Origin: Candidatus Multivoradales bacterium
Lineage (GTDB): Bacteria > Acidobacteriota > Thermoanaerobaculia > Multivoradales > JAHEKO01
Length of the DNA stretch: 64,000 nucleotides
Direction: 5' to 3'
Assembly (NCBI GenBank): GCA_965248055.1
Contig: CBDFIJ010000004.1
Coordinates: 352,001 to 416,000 of the forward strand
The position numbers were made by a program, and so were the translations under genes. The notes under the pieces were generated by a model that worked only from the letters and a program-made list of their open reading frames with translations, was not told the origin of the DNA and ran no database searches. Each line of letters begins with the position of its first letter. Position 1 is the stretch's first letter. Of the stretch, positions 9,487 through 18,337 are shown in pieces.

Positions 9487-10145
9487 CAAATGTAGGCCAC
9501 CGCAGAACTGGGCTTTGTGCCCCCCCGGGAGGGGATAAACCCCTCCCCTACCAACTTGGGGCTGCGATCTGCTTGATCCTGATTGTTGTCGCCTCCGGGT
9601 GTACTTCACGCGGTGGCGCCTACCACGAGCGCGGCATCGCCTCTTGGTATGGCGGCAAGTTTCAGGGTCGCCGGACTGCCAACGGCGAAATCTACGACAT
9701 GCACAAAATGACCGCGGCGCACAAGACCTTGCCGTTCAACACCATGGTCGAGGTACGCAATCTAACCAACGGTCGCACCACCGTGGTGCGCATCAACGAC
9801 CGCGGCCCCTTTGTTCGCGGCCGGATCATCGACCTTTCGTTGTCCGGCGCTAAGGCGATCGGCATGGTCGGACCCGGCACCGCAAGAGTCGAGATCCGAG
9901 CGCTCAAACGAGTCGATGCCGTCATCCAGAGTCACTTCACGTTGCAAGTCGGGTCCTTTCGCCAACGCAATCACGCTGAAGACCTGCGCGCCAACCCTGC
10001 GTTTGGCCACTACGGTGCCTCGATCGAGCCCCACGGTCCGTTCTTTCGGGTCCTGGTCGGAGACTTCTCGACTCGGAAAAAGGCGATGAGCGCAGCCCGG
10101 GAACTTGAGCGCCAGGGGTTCAACACCTTCATCCGCGCGCTGTGA
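9483..10145 (+). CDS. rlpA: Septal ring lytic transglycosylase RlpA family lipoprotein with SPOR domain
   Basis: Lipobox VASG-C, GIASWYG, TAAHKTLP, VRINDRGPFVRGRIIDLS and a C-terminal SPOR domain (LQVGSF). Confidence 0.93.
   Translation: MTNVGHRRTGLCAPPGGDKPLPYQLGAAICLILIVVASGCTSRGGAYHERGIASWYGGKFQGRRTANGEIYDMHKMTAAHKTLPFNTMVEVRNLTNGRTTVVRINDRGPFVRGRIIDLSLSGAKAIGMVGPGTARVEIRALKRVDAVIQSHFTLQVGSFRQRNHAEDLRANPAFGHYGASIEPHGPFFRVLVGDFSTRKKAMSAARELERQGFNTFIRAL
9526..9551 (-). repeat. GTAG-type REP palindrome (within the rlpA 5' region)
   Basis: Minus strand GTAGGGGAGGGGTTTATCCCCTCCCG. Related copies lie at 10421-10446, 10589-10614, 14848-14873, 14900-14924, 24350-24372, 26543-26564 and 26669-26694. 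Confidence 0.8.
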
Positions 10146-10250
10146 AGCGGCAGGGGCCAACCCCCATAGGTAATAGTTCCGAATACCGGCCGGGTAGGCA
10201 ATTCTTCCGATCGCTAAACAACACTGGGTTGAGTGCCAATACGTTGCATC

Positions 10251-10678
10251 GAGATCCTTCGACTCCCTCGCAGACTCGGTCGCTCAGGATGACAAGGATG
10301 GGGGCTATCCCGGCCTTTGTCGTTTGCTCTGTTTCCCCTTAGGGGAGAGGGTTTCCCCTCCGGTCCTGACCAGATCTCCTCAAGCATGGCTTAATGAACA
10401 CATTCGCTCCTCCAACGGAACGGGAGCCCGCAAAGGGAGACCCTACGAAGACCAACTTGCCGCTGTGGCAACGATCGCTAACCAAACCGATCTCGCCTAA
10501 TGAGAGCTAGATCATGTGTCTGCAAAAACGGGGCAGATCCACTATGAAGGGAGGCTACCCCGGCCTTTGTCGCATGCTCCTTTTCTTCGTAGGGGAGCGG
10601 TTTATCTCTTCCCGTTTTCAACACATCGTTGTCATCCTGAGCGACCCTGAGTCCTCGAACGGGGAGTCGAAGGATCTC
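10251..10678. repeat. Mixed REP cluster between rlpA and the DUF1028 gene
   Basis: Inverted pair GAGATCCTTCGACTCCC...CGCTCAGGATGACA (10251-10294) and TGTCATCCTGAGCGACC...GAGTCGAAGGATCTC (10630-10678). Direct repeat GGCTAYCCCGGCCTTTGTCG at ~10303 and ~10553, each followed by a GTAG-type REP or a degenerate copy. Confidence 0.8.
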
Positions 10679-10817
10679 AAAGGTTGGTAATTCCACGTCG
10701 GCCCGTCGCCACGACCTTCGACTGGTGAACTGGAATGACAATGTATCTTTCTGACCCCCTCCCGTTATCGCCGCGAAGGTCGACGCAATGACATCATGGG
10801 CGCCACGGAGGTTCCTC

Positions 10818-11849
10818 ATGTACAAGAAACAAACCCATTCGTTGTTATTCGCCCTGATCTTGACGGTGTTCTCGCTGCCAGGGTTAGAAGGTGGGCTTTC
10901 CGCCGAAGAAAAGATTCTGCCACCACCATCTGACGCTCGCGCTCACACTTACTCGATCGTCGCTCGGGATCCAGAAACTGGAGACATGGGAGTTGCGGTG
11001 CAATCCCATTGGTTCTCGGTAGGCTCAATCGTCAGTTGGGCCGAACCCGGAATCGGCGCGGTCGCCACCCAGTCATTTGTCGAGGCCTCCTACGGTCCGC
11101 TGGGGCTTGAGCTAATGCGCAACGGCAAGACTGCACCGCAGGCACTCGCCTCCCTGCTCGCCAGCGACGAGCACGCCAACGTACGCCAGGTGGCAATGAT
11201 CGATGCCGCGGGCAATGTCGCGGGTCACACCGGTGACAACTGCATCTTCGCCGCCGGAGATCAGCAGGGTGCTAATTTCTCAGTGCAGGCCAACCTGATG
11301 GAGAACGACACCGTTTGGGGTGCGATGGCTGCCGCCTACGAAGCGACCGACGGCGACCTTGCCGACAAGATGCTGGCCGCGATGCGTGCCGCCGAAGGCG
11401 AGGGTGGCGACATTCGGGGCAAGCAATCGGCGGTGATGCTGATCGTCTCCGGCGATCGCAATCTGCCGAAATGGAAACGCAAAATGGAACTGCGAATTGA
11501 AGACCATACCCAACCATTGGCTGAACTGGAGCGACTGATCAATGTACATCGCGCCTACGAGTTCATGAATCAGGGCGACGAGCACATTACGCAAAACGAT
11601 GTCGAAGCGGCGGTCGAGGCGTACGGCGCTGCAGCCGAACTCGCTCCTGAGATCGTCGAGATCCGCTACTGGCAAGCGGCGACGCTGGCCGGCGCCGGCG
11701 AGCTAGAAACAGCACTACCGATTTTCCGTGAGGTGTTCGCCGCCGAACCGAGATGGCACAAGTTGACGCCACGATTGGTCGCCTCGGGACTGCTTCCTGA
11801 TGACCCCGAGCTAATGGCAGCGATCTTGGCAGTCGGCTCATCGAAATAG
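10818..11849 (+). CDS. DUF1028 family (Ntn-hydrolase-like) protein with signal peptide and C-terminal TPR
   Basis: HTYSIVARDPETGDMGVAVQSH, GAVATQ, QANLM, GGDIRGKQSA and LRIEDH motifs. GGAGG RBS. Confidence 0.88.
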   Translation: MYKKQTHSLLFALILTVFSLPGLEGGLSAEEKILPPPSDARAHTYSIVARDPETGDMGVAVQSHWFSVGSIVSWAEPGIGAVATQSFVEASYGPLGLELMRNGKTAPQALASLLASDEHANVRQVAMIDAAGNVAGHTGDNCIFAAGDQQGANFSVQANLMENDTVWGAMAAAYEATDGDLADKMLAAMRAAEGEGGDIRGKQSAVMLIVSGDRNLPKWKRKMELRIEDHTQPLAELERLINVHRAYEFMNQGDEHITQNDVEAAVEAYGAAAELAPEIVEIRYWQAATLAGAGELETALPIFREVFAAEPRWHKLTPRLVASGLLPDDPELMAAILAVGSSK

Positions 11850-11878
11850 CCAAAGAACTGAATCAGAAGGAGACCATC

Positions 11879-12427
11879 ATGACAAGAACTATCCTGGCTG
11901 TACTACTGGGAGCCCTTACGCTAATGATCACCGGGTTCATCTTTTGGGGAACACTTTCCGAATCGATGGGAATCGTTCGCCAAGTCAGTAATGAAGACGT
12001 GGTTCGCGAGGCTCTGCGCGAGGCATCAACCGACGATGGTGCTTTCTTCGTGCCCATGGAGGGTTTCGGCAACGACGAGTTTTTCCGTCGTCACAACGAG
12101 GGTCCAGTTGCCATGGTCTATCTACGTCCTGACGGAACCCCCACTTCAATGGGTGGCATGATGGCCAAAGGATTTTTCCATTTTCTCCTGTCCGCGGCCT
12201 TCGCGGTGTGGATGCTGAAGTCGTTCGCAAAGGATCACAGCACCTTCGGCAGGCGATTCTTGTTTCTGTTTGCACTGGGACTTTTCACTGCGATTGTCGC
12301 CCATCCCGCGAACCGAATCTGGTGGCATTATCCGACGAATTTCACCATCTTTTCGATGGTTGCCAATGCTGGAAGTTGGGCTGTTGCAGGTGCGGTGATG
12401 GCTGCGGTTCTTAAACCAGCTAACTAG
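11879..12427 (+). CDS. Hypothetical integral membrane protein
   Basis: About four hydrophobic segments and an AAGGAG RBS. The stop TAG coincides with the IS630 left target. Confidence 0.75.
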   Translation: MTRTILAVLLGALTLMITGFIFWGTLSESMGIVRQVSNEDVVREALREASTDDGAFFVPMEGFGNDEFFRRHNEGPVAMVYLRPDGTPTSMGGMMAKGFFHFLLSAAFAVWMLKSFAKDHSTFGRRFLFLFALGLFTAIVAHPANRIWWHYPTNFTIFSMVANAGSWAVAGAVMAAVLKPAN

Positions 12428-13672
12428 ATCATCGTTTCCGAATTTCAGCTACTATAAATGAAGCTCACCAATCTCGCTGAGCAGTCTTTTGGAGGTAGCC
12501 GGTCATGCCATTCTCTTCGACGAAGCCACCGCTCTTGTTGAATCGTGAAATTCAGTCGTCTTTGGAGGCTCTCTCTCGCTCTCGACGCGCAGCCCGATCT
12601 CGAGTGGATCGTGCGATGATTCTGCTCGCCTATGCGGAAGGTGAGTCGATCTCTGCGATCGCACGGGAGAGATCGATGTCGCGCAGCGCGGTGAATCGCG
12701 TGGTGAATCGCGCGCTCGAGATCGGAGCGATTGCCGCGCTGGACGACAGGTCGAGGTCGGGGAGACCGCGGAGCTTGACAGCAGAGGCCAGAGCATGGCT
12801 GGTCGCGCTCGCCTGTCAGAAACCGAAGGATCTGGGCTACCCGCATGAGCTGTGGACAATTGACCTCTTGGTCCGACACATTCACAACCACTGTCGAGAT
12901 GCCGGTCATCCAAGTCTGTCGAAGGTGGCGGGAGGAACCGTGTCGAAGATCTTGGCCCAGAGCAAGGTGCGGCCGCACAAAGTCCGGTATTACCTGGAAC
13001 GGCGCGATCCCGACTTCGACCACAAGATGGTCCAGATACTCCTTGTGTACAAAGAAGTGGAGCTCGAACGCGCTACGGGTGAGGACAACTCCACGGTGGT
13101 CATCAGCTACGACGAAAGGCCGGGGATCCAAGCCATCGAGTCGAAGGCGCCGGACCTGCCTCCGGTACCTGGCCGTCATCCCACGATCTCGCGGGAGTTC
13201 GAATACGTCCGTCATGGAACCAGCAGTTTGCTCGCCGGTGTCGATCTGATGACGGGTCACGTTCACCACCTGATGCGCGATCGGCATCGGAGTCGGGAGT
13301 TCATCGAGTTTCTCCAGTTGCTGGAGCGCAGTTACTCCCCCGACACCAAGATCCGCCTCATCCTCGACAACCACTCCGCTCACCTCTCAAAGGAGACCAA
13401 CGCCTACCTCAAGAGCGTCCCCAATCGTTTCGAGTTCGTCTTCACACCTGTCCACGGATCCTGGCTCAACCTGATCGAAACCCTCTTCTCCAAGATGGCG
13501 CGCTCCGTGCTGCGACACATCCGCGTCGCCAGCAAAGAAGAACTCTGGAACCGGATCGAAGCCTACTTCGATGATCTCAACGCAGCTCCTGTCATCTTCA
13601 GATGGAAGCACGGTATCGAAGATCTCAACGTTGCCTAGGTATTGGACCATGACTTTGGAAACGCTCGTCTAG
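12424..13672 (+). mobile_element. IS630-family insertion sequence
   Basis: CTAG at both ends (12424-12427, 13669-13672). Imperfect TIRs CTAGATCATCGTTTCCGAA and CTAGACGAGCGTTTCCAAA. Confidence 0.88.
12505..13638 (+). CDS. IS630-family transposase
   Basis: HTH with RSGRP and ELWT, DDE motifs SYDE, LILDN and HGSWLNLIE, and EFEYVRHGT. Single intact frame. Confidence 0.95.
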   Translation: MPFSSTKPPLLLNREIQSSLEALSRSRRAARSRVDRAMILLAYAEGESISAIARERSMSRSAVNRVVNRALEIGAIAALDDRSRSGRPRSLTAEARAWLVALACQKPKDLGYPHELWTIDLLVRHIHNHCRDAGHPSLSKVAGGTVSKILAQSKVRPHKVRYYLERRDPDFDHKMVQILLVYKEVELERATGEDNSTVVISYDERPGIQAIESKAPDLPPVPGRHPTISREFEYVRHGTSSLLAGVDLMTGHVHHLMRDRHRSREFIEFLQLLERSYSPDTKIRLILDNHSAHLSKETNAYLKSVPNRFEFVFTPVHGSWLNLIETLFSKMARSVLRHIRVASKEELWNRIEAYFDDLNAAPVIFRWKHGIEDLNVA

Positions 13673-13693
13673 TTTTCGAGGGGCGGAGCGTAC

Positions 13694-13975
13694 TGGATTC
13701 CCGACCCCCAGGACCCCCCACCACTTAGCCCCGTTCCCCTCACGCTGGGGCAGGCTCTGCGGGGACGACGGGAGAGCGCCATCCCTACGGTGGTGCATCA
13801 TCGTTATCCCACCGGGAGGAAGGGCGGATGCCTGCCCCCGAGGTGTTTGATTGGGGGGCAGGGGTCGAGATCCACTTCGTCGTCCCGGCGGGGGGCTAGG
13901 GGGTGGGGCCGGAATCTGTTACTTGCTGGCACCAGGTCCCCGACCCCCAACAACCCCCACCCGTCGGGGATGACA
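13694..13975. repeat. CGTC-type REP cluster with G-rich/C-rich loops
   Basis: CGTCGTCCCGGC-(G-rich)-GCCGGAATCT (13878-13917) and AGGTCCCCGAC-(C-rich)-GTCGGGGATGACA (13934-13975), plus degenerate copies. Confidence 0.75.
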
Positions 13976-14028
13976 TTCGTGCTGCGGAATCCTGTTTGTC
14001 GCGGTAGAGAGAGTTGGTGAGGTGAGAG

Positions 14029-14070
14029 TTGACATTTTCGTTGTTATCTTGGTATTTTGTTACCATGGTA
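14029..14070 (+). promoter_or_regulatory. Sigma70 promoter, probably leaderless, with overlapping palindromes
   Basis: TTGACA (14029-14034), 18-nt spacer, then TG-n-TATTTT (14053-14058). ATG lies 7 nt later. The palindrome TACCATGGTA (14061-14070) overlaps the start. Confidence 0.55.
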
Positions 14071-14319
14071 TCAATCGAACGCATCCAAACTGGCGTGCGC
14101 ATGGAAAAGCGCATCGTCAAAATCCTCAAGTCCCTGGCCGAGTATCACGACATCAGCCTGGGGGATCTCCTGGAAGGCATTGTTCTGCATGCCTTTGAAG
14201 GCAAATGCGCTTTCGACGGAGAGGAATCGTTGGAGCGCATTGCTGCGCTGAAGAAGATCTATGGCCTCAGCCTGTCGGCCACCGACAGCCACAAGCTAAA
14301 GGAAGAAACCGATGACTGA
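14065..14319 (+). CDS. Small conserved protein, probable ribbon-helix-helix regulator
   Basis: ERIQTGVRMEKRIVKILKSLAEYHDISLGDLLEGIVLHAFEG fits a strand-helix-helix pattern. Confidence 0.7.
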   Translation: MVSIERIQTGVRMEKRIVKILKSLAEYHDISLGDLLEGIVLHAFEGKCAFDGEESLERIAALKKIYGLSLSATDSHKLKEETDD

Positions 14320-14782
14320 ATACGGCTCGGCCAGCGAGGTGGTCGAAAAATTTGAGCAGGGCGAGGCTCCGGGCGGAGAGTTTCACCATCGGGATCACAT
14401 CCTGGTCGCCTGGTGCTACCTGCAGGAGTTTCCACTCTTGGAGGCTCTCACCCGCCTGGTTGCTGCGATCCAACGCTTCGCGCTCGCCAAAGGGGCGCCC
14501 GACCTCTATCACGCCACGATCACCGTCGGCTACATGATGATCCTCAGTGCCCGCATCGCCGAGAACCCCGGCCTTTCCTGGGTCGATTTTGAGCAGGCCA
14601 ATCCAGATCTGTTCATTTGGCCGAATGGAGCCCTGGGGGACTACTTCTCTACCAAGCAACTGGCTGACCCGCGAGCGAAACGGGAGTTCGTACTGCCGGA
14701 CTTAGTGGCGACTGGTTGGGGACACAATACCCCCTCTGAAAGGTCGGAAGGGCATCAAAGATCGAGGATCTCGGAAGCTTGA
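14312..14782 (+). CDS. Conserved hypothetical protein (FHHRDH...YHATIT family)
   Basis: His-rich motifs FHHRDH and YHATIT, ending FVLPDL. The start overlaps the upstream gene. Confidence 0.7.
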   Translation: MTEYGSASEVVEKFEQGEAPGGEFHHRDHILVAWCYLQEFPLLEALTRLVAAIQRFALAKGAPDLYHATITVGYMMILSARIAENPGLSWVDFEQANPDLFIWPNGALGDYFSTKQLADPRAKREFVLPDLVATGWGHNTPSERSEGHQRSRISEA

Positions 14783-14792
14783 TAAACGGGTG

Positions 14793-15035
14793 GCAGGAGG
14801 GTTTGTGTCCCCTCCCTTCGGCCACTGGCTAGGACCAAGGGATGCTGCGGGCGGGGATAAACCCCGCCCCTACGAAGCGACGAGGTGGGTCGTTGTGAGC
14901 GGCAGGGGCGAGCCCCTCCCCTACGAAATCTCCGCCTACTCGTCATCCCGGCGCGGGGGAGAGCGGGAGGCCGGGATCTGTTCCTTTGCTGAAGAAGATC
15001 CCCGACCACCAAAACCCCTCCCTTCGGGGATGACA
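14793..15035. repeat. REP cluster (GTAG and CGTC types) between convergent genes
   Basis: GTAG units at 14848-14873 and 14900-14924. CGTC pair at 14941-14979 and 14996-15035. Confidence 0.8.
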
Positions 15036-15040
15036 GTCGG

Positions 15041-16363
15041 CTAACTGTCGGTCGATGGAGTCACTGCCATATCGGAGGCCGCCAGCGGCATGGTCAACAT
15101 CCTCTTGAAGCGGTCCCAACGCTGGTCGATATCGGCATCACCAGCTTCAACATACTGCGCCACTAGGTCTTTGCCCCAGTTGTAGTTGATGACATAGCTA
15201 CGGTAGGTCTCGATGAAGTCAACACGCTGCTCGGCGCGATCTGCATTCATCAAGCCGTAGGACCGCATCCACTCCACCGCCTGCTCACGACTCCACTCTC
15301 CGTCGAGGTAGCTACGTGCGGCTTCGTTGCCGGCATAGCTAAGTTGGCCGACGAGTTCCTCGATTCGGTAGTAGGCATCGGCTTGCTCAGCGTCCAGCCC
15401 CGCCAACGGAAATAGGACTTCTTTTTCAAACTCAATTCGCTCTTCCCGTGGAAAAACGAGGTCCACGCCGTAGTTAGCGCTGCCCTCGGCGATCAGAGAT
15501 TGCGGGGCGTAGAGCGGGTCGATGGTGAATTCGACCCATCCACGACCTACTGCCAAGTCGCGCTCCAGCAGCGCCTTGAAAGTGTGATGCCCCGGGTAGC
15601 CCTCATGGCAACCCAGATCGATGGCGCGTTCAATGCGAGACGGTAAGTCGGTGTTGATCTGAATCAAGCTCTGAGATCCACCCTGGTACCAGTTGTAGCC
15701 GCTCCACGGCTTGTCGCTGACGTATTCAAGGCTGAACCCCTCACCTTCTGCCAAGTCCACATGCTCCAAAGCTCGACGACGGCATTCTCCAATCGCAGCG
15801 TCAAAAACAACGCCCAGCTTGTCCGAAGGGATGGCAAATTGGTCCCTAAATCCGTTGACTCGATCCACCAGCTCGCCGTCCCCAGGCACCAATTCACCGA
15901 GCTCAGCCAAGACACCATCGAAATGATCCGCATCGTAGTGCGGGGCTACTGTGTCGAACAATGCTTGCGACTCCTCATCGAAAGACCTAGTTGTGCCGGC
16001 CGCCAGCTCAGCACGCGTTGCCAAGGCTCGTAGACGACCATCCAGAGACTTGCGCCGCAAAGCGTCCATCTCGTCGCCACCTTCAATCACCTCAAGCTCT
16101 GCTCGAAGCGCCTTCGCCTCGGCGATGATTTCCGCCAACGGTTTGACCGCAGCGTCTTGCGCCGGCTTCCAGTCTTCGGGACCGAAGTAAGCGTCGACAT
16201 GATTGGCGTCATGGGCAGGCATGTGCAGTTCGAGGCGCACGTAGTCCTCGGCAACTCGGCTGGTCGTATCCACGGCGGATCCTCCACTATTTCGATCACA
16301 AAACAGGCCACAACCTGAGGTTGCAACGACTAGGACAATCAAACTGGCTTTCATTGAATGCAT
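15041..16363 (-). CDS. Lipoprotein, DUF885-like putative zinc metallopeptidase
   Basis: Lipobox ATSG-C, HEGYPGHH motif, downstream AEG and YRSYVINY. Confidence 0.75.
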   Translation of the reverse strand: MHSMKASLIVLVVATSGCGLFCDRNSGGSAVDTTSRVAEDYVRLELHMPAHDANHVDAYFGPEDWKPAQDAAVKPLAEIIAEAKALRAELEVIEGGDEMDALRRKSLDGRLRALATRAELAAGTTRSFDEESQALFDTVAPHYDADHFDGVLAELGELVPGDGELVDRVNGFRDQFAIPSDKLGVVFDAAIGECRRRALEHVDLAEGEGFSLEYVSDKPWSGYNWYQGGSQSLIQINTDLPSRIERAIDLGCHEGYPGHHTFKALLERDLAVGRGWVEFTIDPLYAPQSLIAEGSANYGVDLVFPREERIEFEKEVLFPLAGLDAEQADAYYRIEELVGQLSYAGNEAARSYLDGEWSREQAVEWMRSYGLMNADRAEQRVDFIETYRSYVINYNWGKDLVAQYVEAGDADIDQRWDRFKRMLTMPLAASDMAVTPSTDS

Positions 16364-16545
16364 GGATCCCCCTGCTGAATCTTAGTTGAGTACTACGGTT
16401 TCAATAGGAAATGGTTGCCGAGGCTATTTGCTTATTCCGACCAACAAAAGACACCCAATCTCGCTACGGTTCCGCGAGCCGTAGCGAGTGAAGATTCTGT
16501 CAGAGACCAACGGACTCCGCTCGGAGAGCGGCCTATGAAGGCGAC

Positions 16546-16998
16546 TTAATCGGCGTCATCCTGCATCGCAACACTACTGTTGTAGATATCTCGATGTAGC
16601 AACCATTCTCCCTCAACCCTTTTCCACACCTCTATCCACTTGCCATGATCGACAACCTCACCGTCCATCGTCAGTTCGTAGGTTCCCTGTTTGTAGCCCA
16701 GGTCCCCATCAGTATGGACCTCGACGGGCACCAAAGCCCCCTTGAGGCCGGCGGCGATCAGCTCAGCCCAGTACGCCTCGATCGCCTCGCGCCCGACTAT
16801 GGGATCGGCATTCGGAGCCAACACTGCACCGTCTTCGGTCATCATCGCTGCAATCGCAGCAGCATCTCCGGCATTGAAGGCCTCGACCCACGCCTCGGTA
16901 GTCCCGGCTAACTCCCCTTCTTCCTGCGCCGCAGCCAAGTTTGGCGACAAGGCCAAAACCAGACAAAAAGAAATCCACAGAATCTTGCTGCTTCGCAT
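16546..16998 (-). CDS. Secreted SnoaL/DUF4440 (NTF2-like) protein
   Basis: Signal peptide, AFNAGDAAAIA, GREAI and GKWIEVWKR..GEW motifs. GGAGG RBS. Confidence 0.85.
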   Translation of the reverse strand: MRSSKILWISFCLVLALSPNLAAAQEEGELAGTTEAWVEAFNAGDAAAIAAMMTEDGAVLAPNADPIVGREAIEAYWAELIAAGLKGALVPVEVHTDGDLGYKQGTYELTMDGEVVDHGKWIEVWKRVEGEWLLHRDIYNSSVAMQDDAD

Positions 16999-17173
16999 AC
17001 TGATGCCTCCGTTTCTCACTCAAGTGGTTGGCAGCCCACTCCCCCGAACACCGCCAATTCGTCAAATCCTGAGTAAATGCTAGCACTCGCCTCCAAGCCA
17101 ACCCACTTTCAACCTATCCAGGTTGGTCACCAAACAGCTTGACCTGGGTCACCGCAGCAGGCACCATCGGCCA

Positions 17174-18040
17174 ATGATCCAATCATTTCTCATCACCGGA
17201 GCCTCGACCGGCATCGGCAGGGCGTCGGCATTGCGCCTGGACCATCTGGGGCACAACGTTTTTGCCGGAGTGCGCAAAGACTCCGATGCTCGCAGCCTGT
17301 TACAAGAGGGGTCTGACCATCTGTGTCCGATCCAAATCGAGGTCACCGACGCCGATTCGATCGAACGGGCACGGGCTGAAGTCGCAACACACCTGGGCAA
17401 TCGTGGGCTCAATGGACTGGTCAACAATGCCGGGATCGCCGTCGGCGGACCGCTCGAAGCACTAACTTTGGATGAGATTCGTCATCAATTCGAGGTCAAC
17501 GTCTTCGGTCAGATCGCAGTCACCCAAGCCTTTCTTCCGCTACTGCGCCGAGCCAAAGAACAAGACGGACAGGCAGGACGCATCGTCAACATGAGTTCGA
17601 TGGCGGGCAAAATCGGCCAACCCCTAGTCGGTCCTTACTGCGCGTCCAAGCACGCACTGGAGGCGATCACCGACAGCCTGCGGCGAGAACTGGTGGGGCA
17701 AGGGGTGTTCGCCTGTGCCATCGAGCCCGGGGTGATCCAGACACCGATTTGGGAGAAGGGGCAAGCTGCAGCAGCGGAAAAGATCGACCGTCTGGAGCCC
17801 GAAATGGAAGCGTTGTACGGAGACGCGGTACACCGCCTGCGCAAGGCGCTCGACAGCATTTCTGACAAGGGAGTACCCGCCGAGGAAGTTGCCAAAGCGG
17901 TGGAACACGCGCTCACCGCCCGTCGACCCAAATTGCGCTACCCAGTCGGCCGCGACGCCAAGATCTCGATTGCCATGGCCCGTTGGTTGCCCGGTCGTTG
18001 GTTTGACCGTTTGATCGCGACCGTCGCCAAAAGGATTTGA
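17174..18040 (+). CDS. Short-chain dehydrogenase/reductase
   Basis: ITGASTGIG, LVNNAG, YCASK and IEPG motifs. Confidence 0.93.
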   Translation: MIQSFLITGASTGIGRASALRLDHLGHNVFAGVRKDSDARSLLQEGSDHLCPIQIEVTDADSIERARAEVATHLGNRGLNGLVNNAGIAVGGPLEALTLDEIRHQFEVNVFGQIAVTQAFLPLLRRAKEQDGQAGRIVNMSSMAGKIGQPLVGPYCASKHALEAITDSLRRELVGQGVFACAIEPGVIQTPIWEKGQAAAAEKIDRLEPEMEALYGDAVHRLRKALDSISDKGVPAEEVAKAVEHALTARRPKLRYPVGRDAKISIAMARWLPGRWFDRLIATVAKRI

Positions 18041-18077
18041 ATTGGCGAAGGGCGGGATGTGGATCCCTCGGTGGAGC

Positions 18078-18290
18078 AGATCCCCGACCACCACAACCAC
18101 CTCCCTACGGGGATGACGTCAGTACCCGTCATCCCGGTGGGTGTCTATTTCTCGTCATCCCGGCGGAGGCGAGGGAGGGGGGCCGGGATCCATTTCGTCA
18201 TCCCAGCGGGAGGGCGAGCGGGGGGCCGGGATCTGTTCCTTGGTTGAGAAAGGTCCCCTCTCCCCACCCAGACCGCCTCCGGGGATGACA
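18078..18290. repeat. CGTC-type REP cluster with G-rich/C-rich loops
   Basis: Units at 18078-18118, 18127 (partial), 18153-18191, 18196-18234 and 18251-18290 with CGTCATCCC...GGGATC or GGGATGAC ends. Confidence 0.82.
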
Positions 18291-18337
18291 TTCGTGCTCA
18301 AAGGCAACACTCCCGATCCCATCACTCCAATCCGTCG

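Noticed and set aside
10142-10825. Short ORFs in the rlpA-DUF1028 gap
   Set aside because: They are translations of REP sequence (for example GRDKPLPY, SLRMT).
12445-13383. 312-aa minus-strand ORF
   Set aside because: It is the antisense shadow of the IS630 transposase.
13694-18290. CRISPR array suggested by repeats with variable inserts
   Set aside because: Units are inverted, irregularly spaced and low-complexity inside, and there are no cas genes. They fit REP clusters.
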